A DNA stretch of 63,170 nt, the filler included, from Intoshia linei (Eukaryota > Animalia > Orthonectida), in NCBI GenBank assembly GCA_001642005.1. It is 11 parts of 11 records of this genome, joined end to end, with 100 filler letters (N's around TTAATTAATTAA, not from the genome) between each part and the next. Parts side by side here need not be neighbours in the genome. Positions count along the whole stretch, not along the records: positions 32,136 to 42,616 come from LWCA01001266.1; positions 42,717 to 44,141 come from LWCA01002619.1; positions 44,242 to 45,325 come from LWCA01002803.1; positions 45,426 to 47,012 come from LWCA01002555.1; positions 47,113 to 48,272 come from LWCA01002759.1; positions 48,373 to 61,987 come from LWCA01001011.1; 5 more parts are not named here. One strand, 5' to 3'. Each line of letters starts with the position of its first letter. Position 1 is the first letter of the stretch. The notes below the pieces were generated by a model that was not told the origin of the DNA, searched no databases, and saw only the letters and a program-made list of their open reading frames with translations. The translations under genes and the position numbers were made by a program. Below, piece by piece: positions 38,340-49,850 of the stretch.

Positions 38340-39656
38340 CACATTCAAATTTATCCATAGGGCAATTCAATCATTTTAAATTAATCTTCTAAAAAGGTAA
38401 AATCGATACATCAATAATAAATTATTGTCAAAAATGCAATCAATTAATCCAAGTTACTTAAAATTTTTATCAAACTTTTAAGTTTTGTAGAAATTTAGTT
38501 GAGACAGATTAAATTAAACCAACATTAGTGTACTATGGTAGTGTTTCCCAAACAGTTCAAAACAAAAATAAATTTTCCGATCTCTTATCAATTTAATTAA
38601 TTTAGTTTTTAAATATGAATGGTTTTGAATTGAACACAATATACAATGTATTGATTTTGATATACGCATATACTCATATATTTGTTTATCATTTATATCT
38701 TGCAATTAACTTTAAGCTTTTATTAGTCACAAACCAAGATTTCCTAGACGTGCACCCAAAATAATATTATAGATAAATCATTATTCTCCAAATTAAATAT
38801 GAAAATCTAGGAACAATTATTGTACCATACTGTTATTATACTCTACTATGCTGTTTAATATTTAAATTCTCCTGAATTAATATACTTTATATATATTGTA
38901 TATTTTTTCAAAAACCATAATATCTGTCAAAAAAATAAATATACTGAACTGCAATTGTAGATGACTATCGTGATGTTTTTAGACATTCAGATTTTATCAA
39001 ATCAGCAAACAATTCAAGTTTAAATTTTCTGCTACCCCTCATAAATCATTTAAATCAATTATATGTATATTATCTATTTGATTTTGGAGTCCGACCCAGT
39101 TTTTGATGAAACATTGTAATTTATTTATAATAATATTAATTTGATATATATGTTCCATGTTTATAATTGTATATGTTTATTATACAAAATTGCTAGAACA
39201 CCAAATCAGGATAGGTAGGATGTATTAAAAGCCAATTACAAAAATTATACATTTAATAAAAACCCTCTGATATTGCGGCACATTTGAAAAAATTTGTGCT
39301 CCAAACCGAGGAAAATGAGACTATTTATTTTTTATTATAATAAATATTATTTATAACCTATATGAGGTTTCTAAATTATTATTATGACAAACATTTAATA
39401 TGCGTCTACAAATGAAACTAAGATGCTAATTTTTCATAATTTTTGTAAAATGCAAAACAAAAGTCTTGACACCCTAATTGTAGCTTTTTAAATGTATTTA
39501 GATACACCACTTAAAAAATATTATTAATAATTAAAAATTTTATTAATTAATAAAATATAGCCATTATAAATAAATCTAAAGCAAATTATTACGTTACACC
39601 AATTTCAGAAAATTAAAAAATAATACTTGTATTATTATGTATATTACTTGTATATT

Positions 39657-40227
39657 TAGTGGTTATCAATGTTGGCGTTAGCGCCCAGAGGGCGTTTTCA
39701 AAATGTAGGGGCGCTGCATTTATATATTATTATGATAGATTAATTTGACTGCAGTATCAATGATACACACTGTAAAATTGTTGAAGAATTAATGGCATTA
39801 GCATATGATTAAGAAGTCAACTACCGTTTTGAGAAAGATGTGAATTTTGCAATATGGGATGTGAGCCTTCAAAATGTCTTTATCCTCTGATGCATTCTGA
39901 AATGTCAAAGATATTATTGTTTTGTAACATCTAACATGGTTGAAAATGGATTCAGTTCAGTAAACAAAATATTAAGTAAAGATAGAAACAAAATTAATAT
40001 ATCTCAAAGAGGAGATGTTGTTATCAAATTAACTAACATAAAACCAAGAATTAAGGAGTAGGCACTCAATCACTAGGTGCAAGAATCACATGGATATAAA
40101 AAAAAATTATTATTATTTACCTTTTTTCCATTATTATTGATTTATATAAATTATCATTCATTTTATCATATAGATTTATGAATTGTGGTGTAATGAGGCG
40201 TTTGTTTAAAAAGGTTGATAACCCCTC
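39657..40227 (+). mobile_element. Internally deleted hAT (Buster/Charlie-like) element
   Basis: TIRs tagtggttatcaa / ttgataacccctc. Residual transposase C-terminus TSNMVENGFSSVNKILSKDRNKINISQRGD..LTNIKPRI..ESH carries stops. Confidence 0.75.
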
Positions 40228-40478
40228 GTATAGTTTATGTTTTGATATGAAAATTTCTTAAAAGAGCCTTAATATTAAATTTTTTATAATAATTTTTTAA
40301 TATTATGAAAACATACGACTCAAACTAACAAACAACGTAAAAATAAATATTGTAGCATATAATTTAAATTTATGGTTTTTTAAATTTGTGATAGAGAATG
40401 GCTCACAATTAATTAAATCGAGTGAATCAAAAAATGACATAAAAATATAACGCATAGATACCAAAAAACACTTTACAA

Positions 40479-42258
40479 TTATAAACTTTTATTTTCTTCA
40501 GTTATACTTTTTCTTCGATTACAAAAATTGTAAAAGGCATTTTGAATTATTTTGGCACAAAGTTTTTCCCTTTGTCTATGCAAAGTTGAAGATATTCTAT
40601 GATAATGTATTGATTTGTTGATTTTAAGTTCGATATCATTGACTTCAGTGCCATCAATGTAACCCAGAAAATTTTTTGTTAAGGCATTCAATATATCAAC
40701 ACAATATACACGATTATTTTTACATATAGGAATATCAAGTTGTATAATAACAAATTCATTTGGTTTAGGAATACGTAAAGGCGGTTGAATTGAATCTATC
40801 AAATCAGCTAAATTATAAATTAAATTTATCAATGCTAATAAAATAATACATAATTGATCTAAATCTATATATTTTGTAGCTTTTGGGTCGTACAATTCCC
40901 ATTCTTCATAAAATAGGTCAAAATCGTCTTGAGTTAAACCACGTTTGACATCTTCAGATGCCTGACTGAAATTTTCGATAATTACAGCAATGTACATATT
41001 GACGACAACCAAAAAAATGACCACAATGTAAGAAACAATATAAGCTGTGCCAATTATATTGCTACCGCAATTGTTAAACTCATTCGTTTCACTAGCAGGT
41101 TCACAGTTTGTATCATTTGTTATGCCTTCCAGTATTGTGTCCCATCCGGCCGATGTAGAAATTTGGAATAATAACTAAAGTAATGTTAGTTTGGATAAAT
41201 AATATGGTTTATTTGTGGGTAATCTGTAGTGGATAATTTTGAAAAATTAAGTCAAAATGAACTGATTGCTTTTAATTTAAATGTATCTATTTTTTTAAAC
41301 TCAAATTTTGGTTACCCTATTATATATAATAAATAATAAATGGATAATAATTATAATATTTATTATTGAAGCAATTACTATGACACTATTGATAAATGTT
41401 TCGAAGTTTGTACAGTTATTTATTCCGGCTGTATGTTTAACATGCATAAATAACGACCTAATGTGGTAAATAAATAATTTTTCTATTGAGACATACATCG
41501 TATACAGTACGCATATAGCAGGGGTTATCAACCTTTTTTAAAGTCGTCCCTCAATAATTCATAAACAAGTTGTTAATATTACTCAATTTTTTAAAGAATC
41601 GACCCGTAAATCAATAATTCTTATAAAAAATTGTATTATTTTTGTATGTGATTTTAGACATTGGCAGAGTATTAAAATAATATACTATAATATTAGTACT
41701 ATATACTCCAGGAGTATAATCATAAATTTATAATGTAATATTTAATATATTGTTTATTATTAACAATATAAACAATGCTATTTTATATATACTCTTAATT
41801 ATTGATTTATTCATACATTAAATATCAAAAAATTGTATTAATGTTAAGATTTTGACAAATTTATAATTTATAACTATTTTTAGAGATTATTTGTTATTAA
41901 TAAAAAAAATTTTTTGATCATGTATTTTCTGAAATAAAATAGAAAAATCGCTCACCGTTGACAACCTCTGGTATATAGTATTTGAAGATTAAATTTAAAT
42001 TATATTTAGAATATAAAAATATATATAATAAACGTATAAATTACATTCCAAACACTGCATAAATGTAAATGCAAAGAAACAATAGTAAACCAATGTTGAA
42101 TAATGCAGGTATTGAAACAGCTAATGAAAAGAGTAGTGTTCTTATTCCTTTTGCAGACTTTACTAAGCGTAGAACTCGACTTATTCTAAATACCCTTGTC
42201 ACTCTCAATAGTGTGGGTGATACAGTTATACTTTCAAATATATCAGATATGATAAGAC
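40479..42258 (-). CDS. Voltage-gated sodium channel alpha subunit (Nav1-type), domain IV S3-S6 plus C-terminal tail; 5' part missing
   Basis: [49 protein letters not shown] (DIV S4-S5), [10 protein letters not shown] (DIV filter Ala), [29 protein letters not shown] and an IQ-like CAKIIQNAF. Confidence 0.92.
41519..41970. mobile_element. hAT-Charlie-type MITE in a Nav intron
   Basis: caggggttatcaac ... gttgacaacctctg; TSD gcatatag/gtatatag. Confidence 0.75.
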
Positions 42259-42716
42259 CTAAATATAAACAATAAAAACTCTTCGAGATTATAATTGGTG
42301 TAATATTAAAACCAACTTTCGTCAACCATGATAAAATAATCTGTGATAACCAAATTTTAATGGAAAAAAAATTTATAGACACATAATAGTGGATTTCCCT
42401 TTAAGGCTTGGTAAATCATTGATTTTACACCGAAATTTTAAGTACAATGAATTATTCAGTTTGAGATTGATAAAATTTAGTTTTTATAGCATTAAAAATT
42501 CGATGATAATGCTAATTTTATTGACTTTATACAATTGTGAGCCTGTAATTTGCACAAAATTATAAATGCTAGAAATGCACGCATTTAAATTGCATTTAAG
42601 CACTTATGCATTTATGNNNNNNNNNNNNNNNNNNNNNNNNNNNNNNNNNNNNNNNNNNNNTTAATTAATTAANNNNNNNNNNNNNNNNNNNNNNNNNNNN
42701 NNNNNNNNNNNNNNNN

Positions 42717-44141
42717 ATTAGGAGATTGTATAGCATCCTCAACTAATGAATTATCAGAATTAGTTAATTCCACCTGTACAGGAGATTCTTTGGAACAATT
42801 ATCCTGACAGATATATTGTTGTAATTTTGAAGTAATTGGATCATTTTGTTTGAAAAATCGGGAATGAAAAGTAGGTTGTTTTGGTACATGTTTATCAAAA
42901 TTTCGTTTAACCCTATTGGTATTTAGGCTGATTTGATTTTGCCGAGTTTATAAATCTATTTCGAGTATTATTGATTAATATTGAACGAGGGATAAATGGT
43001 ACAGACAAAGAGCGTCCATATAATAATTCAGCCGGTGATTGCTTATTCTTAGAAGTAGGCATATTACAAATATCCGTAAGAATTTTATCTTTGATTGTTC
43101 GGTTTATTCGTTTTACTTGACCAACACCTTCATGGTGATATAAGGATGTGAACGTTTTCGTGATCCCTACAGCTGAACATAAATTTTTGACAATAGCTGA
43201 ATCAAATTGGGTACCTTGATCGGTGTGAATTTGATTTGGAACACCATACCGTGCGACAATATTATTTAGTATGTTATACGCCACACAATTAGCGGTCATA
43301 TCTTCAATAGGAAAGATTTCAGGCCAACCTGTAAAATGATCGACCATGACCAATGAATAACGTACCATTTTTTGTAACAGGCAATGGACCAGCAAAATCA
43401 ACTTGCCACAATTCGTTAAATTTAGATGAAATAACTTGCTTTAATGGATGATTATAACGTCGCCTACCAGTTTTAAATAAATTACATTTAAAACATTTCC
43501 TAATAAAATCTGTAACGACCTTTTTCAATCCCGTACAATAAAAATTGTTTTATTGTTTCTTCAAAAGATTTACTCAAATATGCCATGTTTAGATCAATAT
43601 TACTGTTCAATTGTGGATCACAAGGATCAAAACTAATCGTTAATTTGTCCTTAATAAAATTAATAGACTGGCTCGATAAGCTATTACGTAATCTTGTAGG
43701 ATTTTGGAACATATCAATGTTATGATTGACAAAGAAATCTAAGCCTAAGATTGGTTTTGAAACATTCGAGACAACAAATTATGGATAAGAGAGTTATTTA
43801 AAGATTTTGGTTTTTAGTGTTCCCTTATTTATTATTGGATTACCATTAACATCTGTAAATTTCTTATAGGATGGTTTATTCGCTTTAAACACACTAGGTA
43901 AAAAGGAGGAAACAGCTCCTGTATCAATAAGACATTTAAAATTCCGTTTATCAATAGTACAGTCTATATAAAATAATGAAGTCGCATAATTAAAACTATT
44001 TATTACTTCATAACAATATTCAAATATGTGTCCTTTTTTACCACATTTAGAACATAAGGGAATCAAGTGCTTCAAGTTACAATTAGCGCCATTGCATTTT
44101 CCTTGTAAATAATTATCACAAATTGTATTTGACTGAGAGTC
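42717..44141 (-). mobile_element. Gypsy LTR retrotransposon fragment (gag knuckle, protease, integrase; RT/RH deleted)
   Basis: CSKCGKKGHIFEYC (CCHC), LIDTGA (protease), then CFKC, WQVDFAGPLP and IHTDQGTQF (integrase), with frameshifts. Confidence 0.9.
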
Positions 44142-44281
44142 NNNNNNNNNNNNNNNNNNNNNNNNNNNNNNNNNNNNNNNNNNNNTTAATTAATTAANNN
44201 NNNNNNNNNNNNNNNNNNNNNNNNNNNNNNNNNNNNNNNNNAAAATATTAAATTTTATAAAAAAAATAAAATTAAAAATAC

Positions 44282-44965
44282 TTGTATCGTAAAAGCAACG
44301 ACACTACCAACTTGGAAACGATTATTTTTTTCATCGTATAATTGCGTTTTAGAAAAATAAATTTTTCTGTCATATGCAGATTTATATTTTATGTATCCAA
44401 CTGTGGAATTTATATCAATTATAGTCCCCTATAGTACAAGTATAATTAAATGTTTATTTAAAACCAATACCTTTACACGAGATTCTTTAGTTTCCAAAAT
44501 TGGTTCAGTTAATACAAGTTTAATATTTATGGCAAAAATCTTCCCATCACGTTGATCAGTCGCCAATTGATATTCAACTGGATCTCCTCGGTTCATTGTA
44601 CCTTTATAGATGCCACAAATACTTGAATATTGAATAACATTTAATCTACAATTATTTAATATATCAAAAATGTATTTGCATTATTTCTGTCATATACGGA
44701 CCATACCCAGAGAAATAAAACATGGCATTTTTTATATAGGTATATACATATACATTATAGGATGAATTAATTATTAATTAATTTCTTACTCATCAATTTC
44801 ATTTATATTGATGATTTTTCCGTCCAATACATTTATAGTACGATAATAATCATCACAGTCAATTTTTTTGCTAATCACATCAATATTACCGGTATAAACT
44901 TTTGAACTTATTTGTAATACATTTTCTTTTTGCTTGTTGCAATAAACAATTATTGCAACGGTTTT
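44282..44965 (-). CDS. CSDE1: CSDE1/UNR-like cold-shock-domain protein, three internal exons on a small contig
   Basis: Spliced: ...VYTGNIDVISK..LDGKIINI/..MNRGDPVEYQLATDQRDGKIFAINIKL..ESRVK/GTIIDINSTVGYIKY..RKIYFSKTQLY..FQVGSVVAFTIQ. These are tandem CSD-like units with consistent splice phases. Confidence 0.6.
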
Positions 44966-45425
44966 CTATATTAAATTTTAATGTCATATAAATATTATTC
45001 ATTGAAATACTCTTTCCTAGTAATTTTCGAAAATTTTGGCTGATTTTCTAATCAATTACTAAATATTAAAATGGATTTAGACCAGTGGTTCTCGATTGGG
45101 GTCGCTGGTCCACCAGAAATCCAAAACTATATGTCTGGGGTCGTGAGATTAAATAAAATGTAAAAAAATTATTATTAATGAAATTTAATAAAAAATATTA
45201 TTTCAAACGCTCAGGGAAAAATCCACTTAATCATAGCACAAAATAAAACCCAATTTTACCTACCCTTAAGGCTAAATGATAAAATCCCATTTTTCTAATA
45301 TTTTTTTGAAAAACAAGATTTTACCNNNNNNNNNNNNNNNNNNNNNNNNNNNNNNNNNNNNNNNNNNNNTTAATTAATTAANNNNNNNNNNNNNNNNNNN
45401 NNNNNNNNNNNNNNNNNNNNNNNNN

Positions 45426-47012
45426 ATTAGGAGATTGTATAGCATCCTCAACTAATGAATTATCAGAATTAGTTAATTCGACCTGTACAGGAGATTCTTT
45501 GGGACAATTATCCTGACAGATATATTGTTGTTGTAATTTTGAAGTAATTGGATCATTTCGTTTGAAAAATCGGGAATGAAAAGTAGGTTGTTTTGGTACA
45601 TGTTTATCAAAATTTCGTTTAACCCTAGATTGGTATATGGCTGATTTGATTTTGCCGAGTATATAAATCTATTTCGAGTATTATTGATTAATATTGAACG
45701 AGGGATAAATGGTAAAGACAAAGAGCGTCCATATAATAATTCAGCCGGTGATTGCTTATTCTTAGAAGTAGGCATATTACGAATATCCGTAAGAATTTTA
45801 AATATTTGCAAATCCCAATCATTTTTGTTTAGATTTGTGAGACAGCGGATTTTATCTTTGATTGTTCGGTTCATTCGTTCTACTTGACCAACACCTTCAT
45901 GGTGATATGAGGATGTGAACGTTTTCGTGATCCCTACAGCTGAACATACATTTTCGACAATAGCTGAATCAAATTGGGTAACTTGATCGGTGTGAATTTG
46001 ATTTGTTATACGCCACACAATCAGCGGTCATATCTTCAATAGGAAAGATTTCAGGCCAACATGTAAAATGATCGACCATGACCAATAAATAACGATTACC
46101 ATTTTTTGTAACAGGCAATAGACCAGCAAAATCAACTTGCCACAATTCGTTAAATTTAGATGAAATAACTTGCTTTAATGGATGATTATAACGTCGCCTA
46201 CCAGTTTTAAATAAATTACATTTAAAACATTTCCTAATAAAATCTTTAACGGCCTTTTTCAATCCCGTACAATAAAAATCCTGTTTAATTTTCATCACTA
46301 TTTGAATAATGCCTGAATGGGAGTTGCAATGTAATTTGTCTATCAATTTATCTCGTAATAAATTAGGCGTAACAATAAGTATATTTCCATTATTCTGACT
46401 AAAATAAAGCACATTATTTTTAATGGTGAATTTACGTAAGTTTTTATAGTATTTGTTTGATGAGTCAACGGTTTTATTGTTGCGTAAGAATTTAATAACT
46501 TCTCTACAATGAGGATCATTTGATTGAAATTTTTGAATATTTAAATCATCATTAGCATGTATAATAGCATTACACCTGGAAAGTTGATCAACCATTTTAT
46601 TCATTGGCCCGGGTCTATATTTTATTGCATAATCATAACTTTGTAAATCTTGAAACCATCTGAGTTTCATACCCCGCAATTTGGCTGAATTAGCTATTGT
46701 AGTTAAAGGATTGTGATCAGTTAATATAGTAAATTGTTTTCCAATTAAATAATGTTTAAATTTGTTTACAGAATAACTTATGGCTAAAACTTCCTTGTCA
46801 ACAGTACTATAATTTCTTTAAGCTGACGATAATCGCCTACTAGCATATTCAATAGGTTGATTATTTTGCATAAGAACTGAATCGATACCGAAATCAGATG
46901 CATCAGTTTCTAGTGTAAATGGCAATTCTGTGTCAGGTAATTTCATGGCAGGTGCAGGTGATAATTTTTGTTTAAGTGTGTTGAAAGCATGTATACATTT
47001 TTTATCCCAAAC
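45426..47012 (-). mobile_element. Gypsy LTR retrotransposon fragment (RNase H, integrase), same family as 42717-44141
   Basis: FTLETDASDFGI..PIEYASRRL..FTILTDHNPL (RNase H), HHCC zinc finger and integrase core. Near-identical to the 42717-43545 segment. Confidence 0.9.
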
Positions 47013-47112
47013 NNNNNNNNNNNNNNNNNNNNNNNNNNNNNNNNNNNNNNNNNNNNTTAATTAATTAANNNNNNNNNNNNNNNNNNNNNNNNNNNNNNNN
47101 NNNNNNNNNNNN

Positions 47113-47572
47113 TCAAATCAATTCAAATCAATGTGAGATCAAAATTTTTTGTATGTAATATCTGGAGATAACTGTATGAACTGTAATTTTTTTTAAATTC
47201 TGGGACTATTTTTATTTTTTGGAAAAAGAGTAATTTGGGGTTTTTGCTCTGAAAACATAAATTTTTAAAATTAAAATTAATGAAAATTTTCATAATTTTG
47301 AAATCTGTATCAGAGTATATATTCTTTAAATTATAGGACTCGTTTGATTTTAAATAAAATGATAATTTGGGTTTTTTACCGGTAAGATGTAAGTTTCTGA
47401 GATTGAAATTTATCTTACTTTTACCCTCAGAAAAAACTGTAATAAAAATGTGGAATTTTTGAAACTCTAAGACTCTTAGTTATTGAAATAAACGATAACA
47501 CATAAATAAACATAAACAGACAAATAAACAGACAAACAGACAGACAAATAAAGAGTTTTATATAAGTAAGGA
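47113..47572 (-). mobile_element. Family A Helitron-like copy
   Basis: Colinear with 30370-30772; carries an expanded (acag/aaac) microsatellite and ends tatataagtaaggat. Confidence 0.7.
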
Positions 47573-47619
47573 TTATTTAAAAATGTCTGTTAGTTTATTT
47601 ATTTATTTGTTTTAGTTTA

Positions 47620-49708
47620 TCTAATAAAGTAACAGGAGTCAATTTTTAAAAAGTTCCATATTGCTATTAAAGTTTTTCATATATCATTTTCAGAAATTAA
47701 GTCCTTCAAGGTCAAAAACCCCAATTACCCTTTTTTTAAAAATTATTAAAACGAGTCCTAGAATATTAAACAATTCACAATCTAATGATTTTAAAATTAT
47801 CAACATTATAATTATTTTCAATTTTAAAATCTAATATCTTTACGGCCAAATCCACAAATGACCCTTTTTTGTAAAAATTAAGAAAATCCTAAAATTTTTT
47901 TAAACATAAATTCTGGTATAGTTTTTAAAATCATAAACATTATCATAAATGGAAAAATTAAAAAAATATTTTCACGATCAAAACCGCACATTACCATTTT
48001 TTTTTAAATGAAAACGGCCCTAGAATTTAAAAAAATTACAGACGGTACAGTTGTATCCTTTTAAGACACACAAAAAATTTCAATCTGAATAAGTGACACC
48101 TTCACGGTCAAAAATGTACTTTAATATTCATTTTTTTTATTTCGAAACTATTTTATTAAAACAAAAAATATAAAATAATAAATGGTCCTACAATGAAAAA
48201 AAATTATTATTCTGATACAGCTTATTCCATTTGATATAAATACAAAATTTCAACCCCAGAAATCTACGCATTNNNNNNNNNNNNNNNNNNNNNNNNNNNN
48301 NNNNNNNNNNNNNNNNTTAATTAATTAANNNNNNNNNNNNNNNNNNNNNNNNNNNNNNNNNNNNNNNNNNNNTTATACAGTTCAATATAAATATTTATAT
48401 CCACAGTTTGAAAAAATTCAAGAACAAAATCAAATAATGAATGAAATCGTTGTAAGCAACAACCTTTAGAAAGCCATCTGACCTCTGTGTGTAGTAAAAG
48501 ACGTTCAAATTCTTTCTTTGCAGAAGTAATAATTTAATTAAAATAATGTTTTAATTTGTTAAAACAGTTTTCTGTGTAAGTTGCAGTAGCGTAGCATGAC
48601 TTTTCTCACAAGGTGTGCGATAATGGTTCCTTGGTAACATAATATTTTAAAATACAGTGTTGTGCACTGATATACGAGCTATTGTGCATTCATATACGGA
48701 CTATTGTGCACTCATATACCGACCATTTTAACTTTTGATTGTATTGCACGGCATTATGTAATGTTAATCAAATTAGTTGAGTTTGGACCGGGCCACTCAA
48801 CATCAAAATTTTTCCCTAAAAAGTTTAAATATAAATACAAATATAAAACAGTGTTTTTATCCGGGATCGCGCGAATTTGAAAAAATAAAACTGTTGATAC
48901 TTTTTTAATAATTTTATTTGTCACTTGATATTGTTTTGAACACATATTTTGTATATATTGTATATAGAAAATTTTCAGACAATATTGATCTTACAATTTA
49001 AAAAAAAATGTGCATTGAAGCTCTACACATTTCCAATAAAGACATATGGGTGAAAATATATATAATTCATTTCTTCGCAATTTTTCATACTCATTTCGAA
49101 AACATGTTTAAAATATAAATTAAAACTACAACAACGAATTTCTAAAACTAATCCAACTTTGTTATCATTTTATATTGTTACAGTGTTTTGCAATAATGGT
49201 AAAATTCACCTGAAATATGTTTATAAAGTGAAGATTATGTTAATTATTGATACATAATTGGTATTTTTAAGTATTTATTAAATTGGTACTGAATATATAT
49301 CATCACATTGAAAATGACAACATAGGTTTTTACAATTTTATTTTTGCTGGAATTTATACTATTTATGACAATTTTTAAGATTGGACTGTTTTTACTTTAT
49401 TTTAATATTATACACACATTTTGTCTAAATTAAAAAAATGGGATAACAATTGTTTTTAAAATTCTTTACGCATATGTTAAAAAAACAAAATTAAGATGGT
49501 ATAATTCACTTTAAAGTAAAAAGTCATGTGATATGATGGTTCCACCTGAAACAATTTTGAGAAACACTTCTTTAAAGGATTGATAACGGTAAATAGTCGA
49601 ATTTTTAGGTTAAATTTTCTTATTGAATTTATTTTTTTGGTAGAATGAAAATGTTCGCCTCTGAGAGCTAGAATGCTGTTTGTACGAAGTACATAACAGT
49701 CAAGCTAG
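47620..49708 (+). mobile_element. Family A Helitron-like copy interrupted by a gap, possibly running to the 3' hairpin-CTAG at 49708
   Basis: 47700-48272 matches the reverse complement of 380-750, and 48975-49262 matches the reverse complement of 1-330. A hairpin tgtacgaagtaca plus CTAG|t lies at 49681-49708. Confidence 0.55.
48655..48730. repeat. Short minisatellite, about 3 copies of a 22-bp unit
   Basis: tatacgagctattgtgcattca / tatacggactattgtgcactca / tataccgacc. Confidence 0.6.
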
Positions 49709-49850
49709 TTATTGATAAAACAATTTTCAATCTCATGGAATACGACTTCTCAGGTTGTCAATCAATTTCCTAATCGAATTCAATGAACGGAATTTTATTT
49801 ATCGTTGCTACAACAATACGACTATTTATAATAATTATAGAAAAATTAAA

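Noticed and set aside
48655-48730. 22-bp repeats as a CRISPR-like array
   Set aside because: The repeats are directly adjacent with no spacers, in a eukaryotic context; it is a minisatellite or subterminal repeat.
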